Shown here: positions 38,420 to 50,480 of the stretch, in pieces | Layout: each line of letters opens with the position of its first letter | Numbering within the stretch: the stretch's first letter is position 1 | Notes under the pieces: generated by a model | What the model saw: only the letters and a program-made list of their open reading frames with translations | Databases searched by the model: none | Told to the model about the DNA's origin: nothing | Assembly: GCA_000165345.1 (NCBI GenBank) | Contig: CM000433.1 | Location: 512,001-576,000, forward strand | Direction: 5' to 3' | Length of the DNA stretch: 64,000 bases | Program-made: the position numbers and the translations under genes

Positions 38420-41119
38420 ATGGGTCTCAAATTTTCCACAGTTTCGTTGGCATTTGCTGCATCACTGTTTACAGTGCAAGCTGTAATAATGTACCTTTGG
38501 ATGTATCAAGATACTTTCTTATTTTTAATGTTTTTAATAGGAGACATACCATTACTAATGAACTTTTTGCTCAGAAGACACGAGTCAAATAGTGCTATTT
38601 CTGGAGGTCTTCAATGGTTTTGGTATAGTTTGATATTAACCCTTAAAATGGTTTTTTTAGTTTGGCACAAATCATTTGATACCCATGCAAATACAACGCT
38701 TATAGATAGATTACCATATACACTGTTTCCCTCTTCAATCATCCCAACAATATTATTCATTACGCCAGCAATTTATATTCTCCTGTCTTTCAGAGCTGCT
38801 CCACAATTATATGGCTCACCTATTTATGTGCTTTCAACAGAAAGTTTATTACACTCAGATTTGGTTACGCATGTCCTCTTAGACTTAATTGATATACTTG
38901 TTCAAATGCAACATGAGCAGTACCCAGCAAGTCTATTAATACATTCAACTTGGATTTATATGTACTCAGGTATTGTTTTAACTTTGGTATTGTTTTTCCA
39001 TGGTCTATCATTTCCAACAAGTGGAGGAGAACCAACTATTTCTCAAAGGCAGGGCGGGGATGTTTATATAGTAAGAAAGCACGCAGCTTTGGTTGGTATA
39101 TTTCTTGTTGACATTCCTCTATTGATCCTTAGAACATATATTTGGCTTCATTTTCCAGTATTTCCAGGGTTTAATCCATGGATTATGAAGAACATATTGT
39201 TCATCCCATTACAAATTGTAAGGTTAAACCAATGCAGGCTTGCTGAGAAGGAAAGATCTCATAAATCCCAAAGAGAAAGCTTCTTCTCAAGCATTGTAAG
39301 TAAAGATGAAGCAAGAAGTGGCTCGATTATTAAAAGAACTATTCTTCCATATAATTGTCAACAGCCTCAGGTGACACATAGTAAGCGTTCTGAAACCAGA
39401 AATAATACAATGGAGCTTCCTTTGATTCAAAATAAAGATGATTTTAGCGATCATTTAAATTTGAGCTCAGATAACATTAGCTCGAGCTTAAATAATAATT
39501 CATCCCAATTTAAAAATAATTTCCCATCAAAAAATGAAGGTTCTAGTATGCAAAATATTGGTAGCAATAATTTTTCAACTGGAAATATACAGAAATCCTT
39601 TAATATGAGTATTAGACAAAGAATCCCAAATAACGACGAAATTGGCTACCAAGAAAATGCTTCAGGACAATTTTCTCAAAATTTTTCAAATAGGAATGAC
39701 CATTCGAGCAAAGAAGTTGATTCTACAATTAAAAGAAACTTTGACCACATAATTAAAGATATTAATTCAACTAGAAAAATTCCAGCTCGAAGTTTTTCTC
39801 TTGGGACGATTTTAAAGCAGATCATTTTCATGTTCCAAAGAAGTGGCCAATCTTCATATTTATCTTCAATTCTCGATAACACCTTGAATGTAACTCAATT
39901 CCAAAATATCAGGCTTTCTCTTGCACTTATAATCCCTCTAATTTCCCAAATTGCACTTTCTGTGGTATGTAGAACACCAGAACAAGGTGGAATGGAAGTT
40001 CAATGTAATTTGAACTGGTTTTTCCCAAATTTAACTGAAGAAGGTGGATTTTATAAAATGAAGTGCAATGCAACTTATATTTCATTTATGTGTATTAACT
40101 TTGTCTCATACAACCTATTGTGGTTTGGAATGACAAAATACTTTGAAGTCTTTTGTGGGGCAATTTACCAACTTGTAATCTTTAGCTCCTATTTCTTTGT
40201 AGTTCACAGCATAAGAAATGCAAAGTTTGTTGATCCTTTTCTTTCTGGGGTCAATATGGATATTGGGAATATTTTGGTTTTACTTTGCGTTTGCCCCGCA
40301 GTCCTTACCCTACTATTCAATTATTTCCCTCTATCTAGTGCCTTTCTCGGAAGAAAACATCTCAGACTTGCAACTCCATTTTCAAAAAAACAGTGGATTG
40401 TAAACAAAATTCCTGTTAACACTGAGCAAAAGAACCAAGAAATCGAAATTAACAAGATTCCAAACGAAAGTAAAAGTTCCAGAGATGATGAAGTCGGCTA
40501 TCTTAATATTGGATCTTGTTTGCTTCTTTTAAATTGCAGATTTGGAATTGCCCCAGTAAGCATGAACGAGCTTCTAATTGGTCCTGATACAATCAAAGGA
40601 ATCAGACTTATTGACCTTCTATTGTCTACTTTCTATAGAGACGTTTTATTCATTTTCGTTACCAGAGGCATTTTACTTACACTTTGTTTTACATGGGCAT
40701 CTCTTGGAGTATTTGTTTCGCACATAACTTTCATGATTTTCTATGGAATTACTTCCCATACTATCAGGCTTCTTGCACTCAGAAGATTTGAACTCAAAAT
40801 CTTATTTCAGAAGATTCTTAGAGATATTGTTAAAGAAGATACCATCATCCCAAATTTCTCCAACCAGTCTTCAATTATTCTTTCCAACTTCAACCAATTA
40901 TATAGAAATGAAGAATGGAAAAATTCTAGTCTTCAACAGTCATTCTTTAAAGACAAACAAGCTTCTATTCAACACAATGAACTCTTGCAAATTATTAACC
41001 AAATCTCCCTCCCCTACATTTCTCACAACAATATAGTCAAGAAATACTCTTCTTCAGGATTTTTCTCTTCTCCTGGGAATATTTTACTTCCATATACTAT
41101 TGGAACTATTCCTCTATAG
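38420..41119 (+). CDS. Hypothetical multi-pass transmembrane protein with a low-complexity N/S-rich central loop
   Basis: 899-codon ORF from the ATG, with many hydrophobic helices at both ends. Confidence 0.55.
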   Translation: MGLKFSTVSLAFAASLFTVQAVIMYLWMYQDTFLFLMFLIGDIPLLMNFLLRRHESNSAISGGLQWFWYSLILTLKMVFLVWHKSFDTHANTTLIDRLPYTLFPSSIIPTILFITPAIYILLSFRAAPQLYGSPIYVLSTESLLHSDLVTHVLLDLIDILVQMQHEQYPASLLIHSTWIYMYSGIVLTLVLFFHGLSFPTSGGEPTISQRQGGDVYIVRKHAALVGIFLVDIPLLILRTYIWLHFPVFPGFNPWIMKNILFIPLQIVRLNQCRLAEKERSHKSQRESFFSSIVSKDEARSGSIIKRTILPYNCQQPQVTHSKRSETRNNTMELPLIQNKDDFSDHLNLSSDNISSSLNNNSSQFKNNFPSKNEGSSMQNIGSNNFSTGNIQKSFNMSIRQRIPNNDEIGYQENASGQFSQNFSNRNDHSSKEVDSTIKRNFDHIIKDINSTRKIPARSFSLGTILKQIIFMFQRSGQSSYLSSILDNTLNVTQFQNIRLSLALIIPLISQIALSVVCRTPEQGGMEVQCNLNWFFPNLTEEGGFYKMKCNATYISFMCINFVSYNLLWFGMTKYFEVFCGAIYQLVIFSSYFFVVHSIRNAKFVDPFLSGVNMDIGNILVLLCVCPAVLTLLFNYFPLSSAFLGRKHLRLATPFSKKQWIVNKIPVNTEQKNQEIEINKIPNESKSSRDDEVGYLNIGSCLLLLNCRFGIAPVSMNELLIGPDTIKGIRLIDLLLSTFYRDVLFIFVTRGILLTLCFTWASLGVFVSHITFMIFYGITSHTIRLLALRRFELKILFQKILRDIVKEDTIIPNFSNQSSIILSNFNQLYRNEEWKNSSLQQSFFKDKQASIQHNELLQIINQISLPYISHNNIVKKYSSSGFFSSPGNILLPYTIGTIPL

Positions 41120-41341
41120 TATTCTCCCATATCTCTTATATGCTCATTATATTGCAGCATTAATTGATTTTATACTTATATATTTTTTTTAGTATTCAAA
41201 CATTTATTCACTCTCTTTTTTTAATATTTAATTCGTATTATTATCAATCAATAATATTTTTTATTCAAACTCTACTCTTAAAATTCTATCCTTTACTATT
41301 TATTCCGCTTCCACATGCAAAAATTCTCAATTCCTGTCATT

Positions 41342-41417
41342 GCATGCAAATTTTATGCAAACCATTTCTTAATACCGGTTTATTATTAACATTTAGGCGC
41401 CAAGACCCAGACACGTC
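41342..41417. promoter_or_regulatory. GCATGC + ACCGGT + AGGCGCCAA + CACGTC module 60-130 bp upstream of the U6 snRNA
   Basis: Motifs seen directly. Confidence 0.45.
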
Positions 41418-41446
41418 ATTATGAAGTTAAATAAAGTTTTTTTTAA

Positions 41447-41454
41447 TATAAAAA
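41447..41454 (+). promoter_or_regulatory. TATA-like element (TATAAAAA) about 20-25 bp upstream of the U6 snRNA start
   Basis: Sequence and position relative to the U6 5' stem. Confidence 0.5.
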
Positions 41455-41466
41455 CTGAAAGGTTAA

Positions 41467-41582
41467 GTGTTGGGTTCTCCTTGCGGGAACCCGATTCTAA
41501 AATTGGCTTTAAAAACAGAGAAGATTAGCAAACCCCTGCGTAAGGCTGGTTTCATTCGCCGAAAGGTATAACCAATTTTTTT
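41467..41582 (+). ncRNA. U6: U6 spliceosomal snRNA (Pol III; terminates in a 10-T run)
   Basis: Exact CUAAAAUUGG, ACAGAGAAGAUUAGCA and CCCCUGCG..AAGG blocks match human U6. It has a 5' stem-loop gggttc...gaaccc and a T10 terminator at 41576-41585. The 5' end is uncertain by about 5 nt. Confidence 0.85.
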
Positions 41583-41925
41583 TTTCCTTTATTTTTTTTA
41601 TTACAAAAGATAAACTAGGCTCATATGTTAAGTGATATATTCTTCTATGTATACCGGAATCTATTTTCAGGTTCTGAATTCAATCAATGAACTATTATTT
41701 CTAATCCAAAAAACCATAAAAACTTAGATAAATGCTAGAATTTTATCCTTTCTAGATCATACATGAAATACTAAGCTATGATTCTATAGCAAAGCTCGTT
41801 ATATATCCTTTATAGCTATTAAATTTTAACCTTTTCCTAATTTATATTTGTCTCTGCTAGACGTGACATGAAATATGTCAATTTAACAATAATTAATTGA
41901 TCTGAAACTTCCAACATTTTATAAA

Positions 41926-44900
41926 ATGGAAAATGATACGAAAATATGTGGAGTTCAGCCATTAAGCTCACTAAAGCCTATTAACTCTGTTTTGGCAATT
42001 AAACTTCGAAATATTGATCTTATTTTAGCAGGATTTGGAAATGAGCTGAGAATATACTCCCAAAACTTTGAAACAATCTACGATCAATTAGTTTACCACG
42101 ATTCTCATAATATTTATGGGATAAAATATGGTGAGTTAGATGATTTAGTTGCTATATATGGTCTTAACAAAGTTGTTTGGTGTCGTATACATATTCAGGA
42201 ATCACAACAAGATATCTCCGACTCAAAATGTCAGAAAATTCATTCTATCAAAGTTGGAGAATTGAACGAGTATGATCTTTTCCTTGAATCTTGTAATTAT
42301 CTTAAAGGAAAATGGCTAATTGGAAGTTCTACTGGCAAAATAAGGCTTTGTCAATTTGAACAACAAACCCAAGATTATATCATTCCTAAGATTCAAAATC
42401 TTATCATCCCTCAATCTCCAACTCTATATTGCATGAAATTTCATATACTTACTGATTCTGAAGAAGTCATGATTGTATCAGGATCTGCTTTCTCTACTGT
42501 CAATGTTTCAATATTAACCATTAATAAAGAAAGTATTATTCAGGAACAAATCCTTAAAGCTCATAATGGAGTTGTATATGATCTCAAGATTATAGGAGAT
42601 GGATCTGGTATTCTATCTTCATCTGATGATAGAAAGATTATTCTTTGGATGAAAGAAGAAAATTGTCTAGAACTTTCTAAAAATACTCAAAAGTTCCGAT
42701 TCTATCCTAAATATATACTAATTGGGCATGAGGCTATTATATGGTCCATAGATACTTTATGGGAAAAAGAACTAATAGCATCTATTTCTGAAGATGGAGA
42801 TCTATTTATTTGGAATCTAAAAGAAGTTAAATCAAAATCTTATGTCAATATAAATGGTAATGATATACAATGTATTAATGGTCCTAATTCAAAAGTATCA
42901 AAAGCTCATCAAGGAAGAGGAGGAAGAGTTATTCATTCTATGTCTCAATTATTAGAAAATAATAAAAATTATTGGTCTTTTATTACTGGAGGAGAAGGAG
43001 GAGATTTAAAAGTCTGGAAATTTTTTATAGGATATGAACAAACTAATATTGAAGATGACAAATTTGAGTTAACTTGTGAAGATGATTATTTTGCATTTTC
43101 AGAATCGAAAATCTCTCCAGATATAAATAACCAGCCGGAAACTAATGATTCAAATTCTATTTGGTATCAAGGAGCTCATTTGATAGATCAATCTAAACTT
43201 ATTGGAGTTACCAGACAAGGAATTCTAAGCATTGGGATGAAATGTTCTCAAGGTTCATCACATGAGTGGGAAAGTATTAAAATTCATGATTTAGGAGATT
43301 TGGTGTATTCAATGTCTTCTTTAGATAACGGACATTTAGTTCTTGGATCTTCCAGAGGGAAAATTATACATGGACTAGTAAATTTAATTAAAAATGAAAT
43401 GGAAGTTAAAAATGAGCTTTTCTTGCCAAATTGGACAGAAAATATTACTTTTGTCCAGTATTTTACTATTATAGAGAATGAACTTTATCTTGCATTTTCT
43501 TCATGTTCTAAAGGATTTGTTGGAGCTTCAGTATTCCACAAAATTGATCACAATTCAGAAGATGAATCCACTAATCCATGGATTACGTCAATAGTACCAA
43601 TAAAAGGAACCCCAAAATATGGAGAATTAAAATGTTTGGATATTTTTAAATATAATAATAATACTCAAGGTAAAATAGTATGTGGAACAGTAAGTGGAAA
43701 CATATTTATATTGAATTTCAAAGTTTTAAAAAAAGAGGTTAGTCAAGATAGACTGGGGATTAGCTCGATTTCTGATGGATTAGATACTATTATAGAAATT
43801 TGGTTATCTAATGTATTAAGTGCTTCTCATAAGGGGAATGTCTCAAGTCTTAACTGGATTAATGATTCGAACAATAATTTGGTATTTCTATCAACAGGTC
43901 AAGATGGCAAGATTAATCAGTATTCAGTGAAAGATGAAGCTACATTAGAATGGTCACATAGATGGAATTCCCAGTGTGAATATATAGTTAGATGTTTTAA
44001 GTTGAATAACAGTAATTGGTTAATAATAGGAGCAGTAAAACATGAGTTATTCTTTTACTTAGCGAAGGAAAATGTTACATCTACTCCAATATTATTATTA
44101 ACACATAAATTTGGAGGAATTAAACGTTCATTCCAAATTAATATAAGAAATTATAATGATAAGGATCTTTTGGAAGTGATTTGGTGTCAGAAACCATCAA
44201 TTAGGATTGATCAATTGAATATTAGAAAGATTTTAGAAAGTCAAAACTTTTCAAATAATTTCCTTAATCCATTATTAATGACAAAGTGTTTAAACGTGAA
44301 TCCTCCTTCAAGGCTAATTCATTCTTCAGCTTGGATGAATAATAATATAGTAATTTTTGGAGGGGAGGACCATATTGTAAGATTTTATGATGTATCAAAC
44401 CCCTCAAAAATGTGTTTAATACATTCAATTAGGCTTTTAGATCCTATTAGAAGGCTTAAAGTGGTAAATATAAGAGAAAATGTTGAAATTTTAATGATAA
44501 CAGGTGGGAGACAAATGTTTCATATGTTTGAGATTAGAAAAGAAAGGAGTGAGAGTGATATTGTGATAAAGACAATTTTTTCGAATAATAATGACAAGAA
44601 ACAGAATAATTGTAGATTTATCTCACTAGATTATGTAATTGAACCAATTTCAATGGGTGAAAATTATAAGTTGATTGTAATTGTAGGTTCGAGTAAAGGA
44701 GAAATATTGATATTTTCTTTCCAATTATTAGATTTGGGAGAAAAGTTGGAATTTAATTTGAAGAAAATTGTTACTTTTGGTTTACCTTTTGTACCTTTTT
44801 CAATAAGAGCGGAAAATGATTCAGGAGAGATTTTGGTGCTTGTGGGGCTTTCAAATGGGAGCATTAAGGTACTCAAGAGTAGAAATTTAGGAATATCTAT

Positions 44901-45279
44901 AAATGATTTTAACATAGATTTAGAACTCAAGTTTGAGATAAAAACTCACAATTCTGGAGTAAATTCTGTAATACTATTGGATACGGACAAGAAAGATTTC
45001 AGATTAATTGCGTCTTCTGGACATGACCAAAAGATTTCAATTTCAAGAATAATTACAGACAAGAAAAAAGAAGATAGTATTATAGTGGAAACATTATTTT
45101 CAGTTTCGAATGCTCATTTTTCTTCTATCAGAGACCTTTGTTATGATCCAATAAAAAGAATTCTATATTCGATTTCATGGGACCAAATACTTAATTCTAA
45201 TAGATTCGATGAACTAATGCTAAATTTTGTGGAAACAAGAAAGTTTCCAATTTCTATTTGGGATCCAAGTAAGTTTTAA
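41926..45279 (+). CDS. WD40-repeat protein, WDR6/Rtt10-like (the tRNA 2'-O-methyltransferase partner family)
   Basis: Multiple WD repeats (e.g. GHEAIIWSID..ASISEDGDLFIWNL). Length is 1117 aa. N-terminal, central (HSMSQ..FITGGEGGDLKVWKF) and C-terminal blocks align with human WDR6. Confidence 0.5.
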   Translation: MENDTKICGVQPLSSLKPINSVLAIKLRNIDLILAGFGNELRIYSQNFETIYDQLVYHDSHNIYGIKYGELDDLVAIYGLNKVVWCRIHIQESQQDISDSKCQKIHSIKVGELNEYDLFLESCNYLKGKWLIGSSTGKIRLCQFEQQTQDYIIPKIQNLIIPQSPTLYCMKFHILTDSEEVMIVSGSAFSTVNVSILTINKESIIQEQILKAHNGVVYDLKIIGDGSGILSSSDDRKIILWMKEENCLELSKNTQKFRFYPKYILIGHEAIIWSIDTLWEKELIASISEDGDLFIWNLKEVKSKSYVNINGNDIQCINGPNSKVSKAHQGRGGRVIHSMSQLLENNKNYWSFITGGEGGDLKVWKFFIGYEQTNIEDDKFELTCEDDYFAFSESKISPDINNQPETNDSNSIWYQGAHLIDQSKLIGVTRQGILSIGMKCSQGSSHEWESIKIHDLGDLVYSMSSLDNGHLVLGSSRGKIIHGLVNLIKNEMEVKNELFLPNWTENITFVQYFTIIENELYLAFSSCSKGFVGASVFHKIDHNSEDESTNPWITSIVPIKGTPKYGELKCLDIFKYNNNTQGKIVCGTVSGNIFILNFKVLKKEVSQDRLGISSISDGLDTIIEIWLSNVLSASHKGNVSSLNWINDSNNNLVFLSTGQDGKINQYSVKDEATLEWSHRWNSQCEYIVRCFKLNNSNWLIIGAVKHELFFYLAKENVTSTPILLLTHKFGGIKRSFQINIRNYNDKDLLEVIWCQKPSIRIDQLNIRKILESQNFSNNFLNPLLMTKCLNVNPPSRLIHSSAWMNNNIVIFGGEDHIVRFYDVSNPSKMCLIHSIRLLDPIRRLKVVNIRENVEILMITGGRQMFHMFEIRKERSESDIVIKTIFSNNNDKKQNNCRFISLDYVIEPISMGENYKLIVIVGSSKGEILIFSFQLLDLGEKLEFNLKKIVTFGLPFVPFSIRAENDSGEILVLVGLSNGSIKVLKSRNLGISINDFNIDLELKFEIKTHNSGVNSVILLDTDKKDFRLIASSGHDQKISISRIITDKKKEDSIIVETLFSVSNAHFSSIRDLCYDPIKRILYSISWDQILNSNRFDELMLNFVETRKFPISIWDPSKF

Positions 45280-46410
45280 CGAATAAATTATTCACAACGA
45301 TCACTAATTACATTTACATTTTAGGCTGTATTTCTATTTCTAATAGTAATGATAAAATATTAATTTCAGGAGGCTCAGGATCCTGCCAGCTATTTAATCT
45401 TGTTTAAGTAACTAATATTAGTATTAATAACAGAAAAAAATAGACTTTCCACATTAATCGAGCTTAGCATAAAAAAAATTTCAATAACATACTTCCTTAA
45501 GTAGTTTTAGCTTGTATATTAAATCCTTATTATTTTAGAACTTATATTCATGAAACCAAAAAAAAATTTCTTATTTAATTTATTATTGTGTACAAGTAAA
45601 AGAAGATTAATATATACTTTTTTTACTTTATTACACGTAATCCGACAGTAAAATAATATGGCTTCTATACCGGTAGTTACATGCAAAATGAGGAGTTTGC
45701 CGCCACAAAGAAGCCCGCCAACATTGCCCACAATGTCTGTGTCGAGAGGTTGTTTGAAATAAATACAACTTGAGTTTAGAGCAAGAAATTTGGCTTAAGT
45801 AAGGAAAGGAGAAAATTTTTCAAAAGGAGTATTGAATAGGGTAAGTTTAGGTGTATTTAGATGGGTGTTTGTTGATGAAGGCGGAGTTTTGCCAGATTGG
45901 GTGTAATAATGGAAGAAATGCAGTGTGGATTAAGCAGAGATCAGGCCAAGAGCCGCATATTTGTGCTTGGTTAGATGTTGGCTTGGATGAAAGATTCTAT
46001 GATGGAGGGACTACACACAGGCACACACAGGTTGTATTTATGTATTATTATTTCATTACGATGAGTGGGTTGTGGCGATAATTTGTAATATGAAATGCTT
46101 AATGAGATATGGGTGTGGTGTGGGGGTACGTATGAGCCGAGGAAATGTATTTTTTTTTCTTTTCTGAATGAAACAAATTGAAGTTTGTGACTTAATACTT
46201 CTGTTCAGGATTCTCAGATAACTTTGAAGAAAGAATTACAACAGTTAAACAAATTCAATCTTTTCTTTCTCCATCTAGTTTATTGGCTTTATACTACAAA
46301 AAGAAATTCGGCAATATTACGTATTCAGTGGATTATTCTATTTGTCTGGGCTAGACACTAAGCCTCATCAACATTCATCCTTGTATAAACTCGTTAACTG
46401 TAATTAATAG

Positions 46411-47136
<726 letters not shown>

Positions 47137-47775
47137 GAACAATGTCTATTAGGTTGTAGCAAAGAGAAGAGTTGTTTACTAATGAATCAAGCTATAGAGT
47201 TTTTAACAATACTGGGAAGTGAGGAATAAAGTAAAGGAAGATCAATTTAGGGAGGAGATTTGTTGATGAATATTTTTCAATTGAAAAGGGAGTTTTGGAG
47301 GAACATAGGATAGTAAAATACATAATTTACTATCTTTAAGTGATTCCCTTTTTTTCTTTTGAATATAAAGCACTATGTTACTTTTTTGGTTCTCTTTGGA
47401 ATGCCGACCTTTTCAAATCTTCGGAAATTGGTTGGGATGGCAAGAGTTACATTGATTGACTATCAGGAATTAGTGTATATCCTTCAACAAAAGATATCTC
47501 TATTAGTGATTATGCGCCATTTGCTGGTCTTGATGCCTTTTCATAGTTCTTAACCCTTCCAATGGTAATGACAGGATGCGGATATTTTATATTGGGCTAT
47601 CAACTCTCAGGGATGACGACCCTTGCTGACCTAATAATGAGTGTGTTGTTTTAACTTTATTGGGAGGAATAAAGTATTTTGTTAGATATTATAGGACTTT
47701 ATCATATCTAATAGATTGTATAACTGTAATTTTATTTTTTTTTCTTTTGAAATTTTGTCAGGTTATTCTAGAATT

Positions 47776-47849
47776 GCATGCATTTTACCGGCATGTAAGC
47801 ATTCAACAATTTCCTTGAAAGAAAAGCCATGAAGGAATTGGCGGGAAAA
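47776..47849. promoter_or_regulatory. GCATGCA + TACCGGCATG + TTGGCGGGAAAA (canonical E2F consensus) 40-110 bp upstream of MLH1
   Basis: Motifs seen directly. E2F consensus TTTSSCGC. Confidence 0.5.
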
Positions 47850-47887
47850 TTCGAATGAAGTAAGTTTTTTAAGACTTGGGAATATAA

Positions 47888-50341
47888 ATGGGGAGGATAA
47901 GGAAATTATCTGATGAAGTTATATCCCGAATTGCAGCTGGTGAGGTAGTTGTGAGCCCATCTCATGCACTGAAGGAGCTATTGGAAAATAGCTTGGATGC
48001 AGGTTCAAGGAATATTATATTACAATTAAGAAAAGGAGGAATTCAAAGTTTGCAGATATCAGATGACGGCTCTGGGATAGATAAGAATGACTTTCCAATG
48101 TTGTGTGAGAGGTTTGCTACTAGTAAATTAACAACAATGAAGGATATTCAATCTTTGAAAACTTTTGGATTTAGAGGGGAAGCATTATCAAGTATAAGTT
48201 TTGTATCTCAATTAAGTATAACGTCTAAGACAGAAATGTCAGATTGTGCATACAGAGCATCATTTTCAGATGGGAAGATGATTTCAGAATTGGAAGAGGT
48301 AGCTTCGGCAAAAAGAGGAACAATTGTCCAGATTAATGATCTATTTTATAACATGCCATCAAGGCAAAGAGCAATGGGTTCAGCTTCAGACGAATATGCT
48401 AGATGTTTGGACTTAGTTCAGAAGTATTGTATAGAGTTTCCTGAAGTATCTTTTAATGTGAGAAAATTTGGTCAAAATACGAATGATTTGAGGACAAATG
48501 GTGGAGTAAAAACGAGAAAGAATGTAATAGGTTTGCTATATGGCTCAAATGTGGTTAAAGAATTAATACAGTTTACAGTTTCAAGGGATTCAGAGAGACC
48601 AAGAGATTTAAATAAAGAAAAAAGTAATGAATTAAGTTTAAAAATTCCTGATTTTTCAGCAGAGCTGTATATTTCGGGATTGGGATATAATCCAAAGCAA
48701 AACACCCTGATTATATTTATTAATGGAAGGTTAGTAAAGAATAATGCAATCAAACAGGCAATAGAGACAGCTTATCAGTATACAAAGTCAAATTATTGGG
48801 CATTTGTATCAGTAAGAATACCTTCCGAAACAATAGATCCTAATATTCATCCAACAAAGAATTTGGTTTATATTAGCCACGAAACTTTAATTTCAGATGC
48901 AATACAAAGGAAAGTAATGTGTTCTCTTCAGGCTTCTAATTATTCAAGAAACATGGTCTTGGAAAGGAAACCAAGACTTGAACTTAAGGATTATTCTAGT
49001 TCTGGTGAGACAAAATCAAACTATATGGACTCCACAAAAAATGTAACAAGAGTCAGAACTGATTCAAAACAGCTAGTTTTGCAAGAGTATTCATCTAATA
49101 GTATATCGAAACATTCAAATATTTCTCTAATTACTATAGAAAGTAAACAAGATAATTCCAATGGTATTGCTAAGAATGTTCAATGTTCTTCAATTAAACC
49201 CAATGGAGGCGAAGAAAACTCAAAAGAAGAGGTGAAATTAAGTGAGAAAGATCACCAAAAACTTCAAAATGGAGATAATGAAGTACTAGAACATAGTTTT
49301 AACTTAAATAAAAGCTCTGAAGACCAAACAAATGAGAATTTTCGAACCAAATTGTATCACCCGTCAACCTCAGAGAATTCACTAAAAAATAAACAAATCT
49401 TTAGATTATTTGATATATCCAACTACGCTATGGATGCTCATGTACTAAGTTGGTCTCTGACTAATGATTCAATCCCATTAATCAAGGAAATGAAGAACTT
49501 TCAAACGAAAGTGAAACAAAAGTTTCTAACAGAAATTGAGATTATGAATGATAATACTGAAGCCTCCAAAATGGAGTACTTAAAAAGTCTAACAAAGAAT
49601 ATTATTAATGGGATTTATATTGGACAAATAAAATCTTCTTGGTCTATTATACAAGCAAAAAACCAAATTTTACTGATTAATATTGAACAAATGTCCAAAA
49701 TAGCCTTAAAACAATCACTTATTTGTAGACTTGGATATATCCCACTATTGAAATTGAACCCTCCAGTAAGCCTAGGAGAACTCTCACTATTTGGAACTGA
49801 AAGTGTTAAAAATTACAAATTAAATGAGAACGACCAGATTCAGCTCAAAGATTTTATTAATAGTCAAGCTTATTTGTATTTTGATATTCTAAAAGTGCTT
49901 GGGATAGATTTCGATTCTTCAAACAACTCTTTCTCAACACTTCCCCTATTTTTTGGGAATTTTGTTCCAAATATAGATTTTTTACCGGAATTATTTGAAC
50001 ACGTCATCTTTGCATGCTGGAATTTCCACATTGCGCATGCATGCAAACAAAAATTATTAAATACCGGTAGTGCACAAATTTTAAATCCACATTTTAATGA
50101 GGAAAACAACTGTTTATCAGATAAAATAAGTGAAGATTATATTATAAAATTATATGAGCTATTTATTGAATTGATTGAAATATTGGTGGATTATTACCTA
50201 TTTGGTATTGAAGATAATGAACTACTTTTTCAAGCTATAAGAAATAATAACAACTTGATCCTTGTTGAGGATCAGATTTCTCAGAACATTATTGAGCTCT
50301 CAAGTCTAGAGAAGTTATACCGAGTCTTTGAGAGATGTTAG
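47888..50341 (+). CDS. MLH1: DNA mismatch repair protein MLH1 (MutL homolog)
   Basis: The N-terminal GHKL ATPase matches (IRKLSDEVISRIAAGEVVVSPSHALKELLENSLDAG; FGFRGEALSSIS). The C-terminus ends ...YRVFERC, as in MLH1. Confidence 0.9.
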   Translation: MGRIRKLSDEVISRIAAGEVVVSPSHALKELLENSLDAGSRNIILQLRKGGIQSLQISDDGSGIDKNDFPMLCERFATSKLTTMKDIQSLKTFGFRGEALSSISFVSQLSITSKTEMSDCAYRASFSDGKMISELEEVASAKRGTIVQINDLFYNMPSRQRAMGSASDEYARCLDLVQKYCIEFPEVSFNVRKFGQNTNDLRTNGGVKTRKNVIGLLYGSNVVKELIQFTVSRDSERPRDLNKEKSNELSLKIPDFSAELYISGLGYNPKQNTLIIFINGRLVKNNAIKQAIETAYQYTKSNYWAFVSVRIPSETIDPNIHPTKNLVYISHETLISDAIQRKVMCSLQASNYSRNMVLERKPRLELKDYSSSGETKSNYMDSTKNVTRVRTDSKQLVLQEYSSNSISKHSNISLITIESKQDNSNGIAKNVQCSSIKPNGGEENSKEEVKLSEKDHQKLQNGDNEVLEHSFNLNKSSEDQTNENFRTKLYHPSTSENSLKNKQIFRLFDISNYAMDAHVLSWSLTNDSIPLIKEMKNFQTKVKQKFLTEIEIMNDNTEASKMEYLKSLTKNIINGIYIGQIKSSWSIIQAKNQILLINIEQMSKIALKQSLICRLGYIPLLKLNPPVSLGELSLFGTESVKNYKLNENDQIQLKDFINSQAYLYFDILKVLGIDFDSSNNSFSTLPLFFGNFVPNIDFLPELFEHVIFACWNFHIAHACKQKLLNTGSAQILNPHFNEENNCLSDKISEDYIIKLYELFIELIEILVDYYLFGIEDNELLFQAIRNNNNLILVEDQISQNIIELSSLEKLYRVFERC

Positions 50342-50480
50342 AGATTCGACAAAATTTAAATTTGGAAGCTAGGTAGTTTATTGACCTATAACAAATAACA
50401 AAGCTAAAATATGCTATTTATATTAATCAAAGCTTAGATTTAGACTAAGGCAAATATTAAATTCTTATTCCATATTAACT

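Noticed and set aside
45841-45860. A 20-nt micro-intron (GTAAGTTTAGGTGTATTTAG) upstream of polyubiquitin
   Set aside because: It is too short for a spliceosomal intron. The GTAAGT is more plausibly the donor of a long 5'-UTR intron, as described in the findings.
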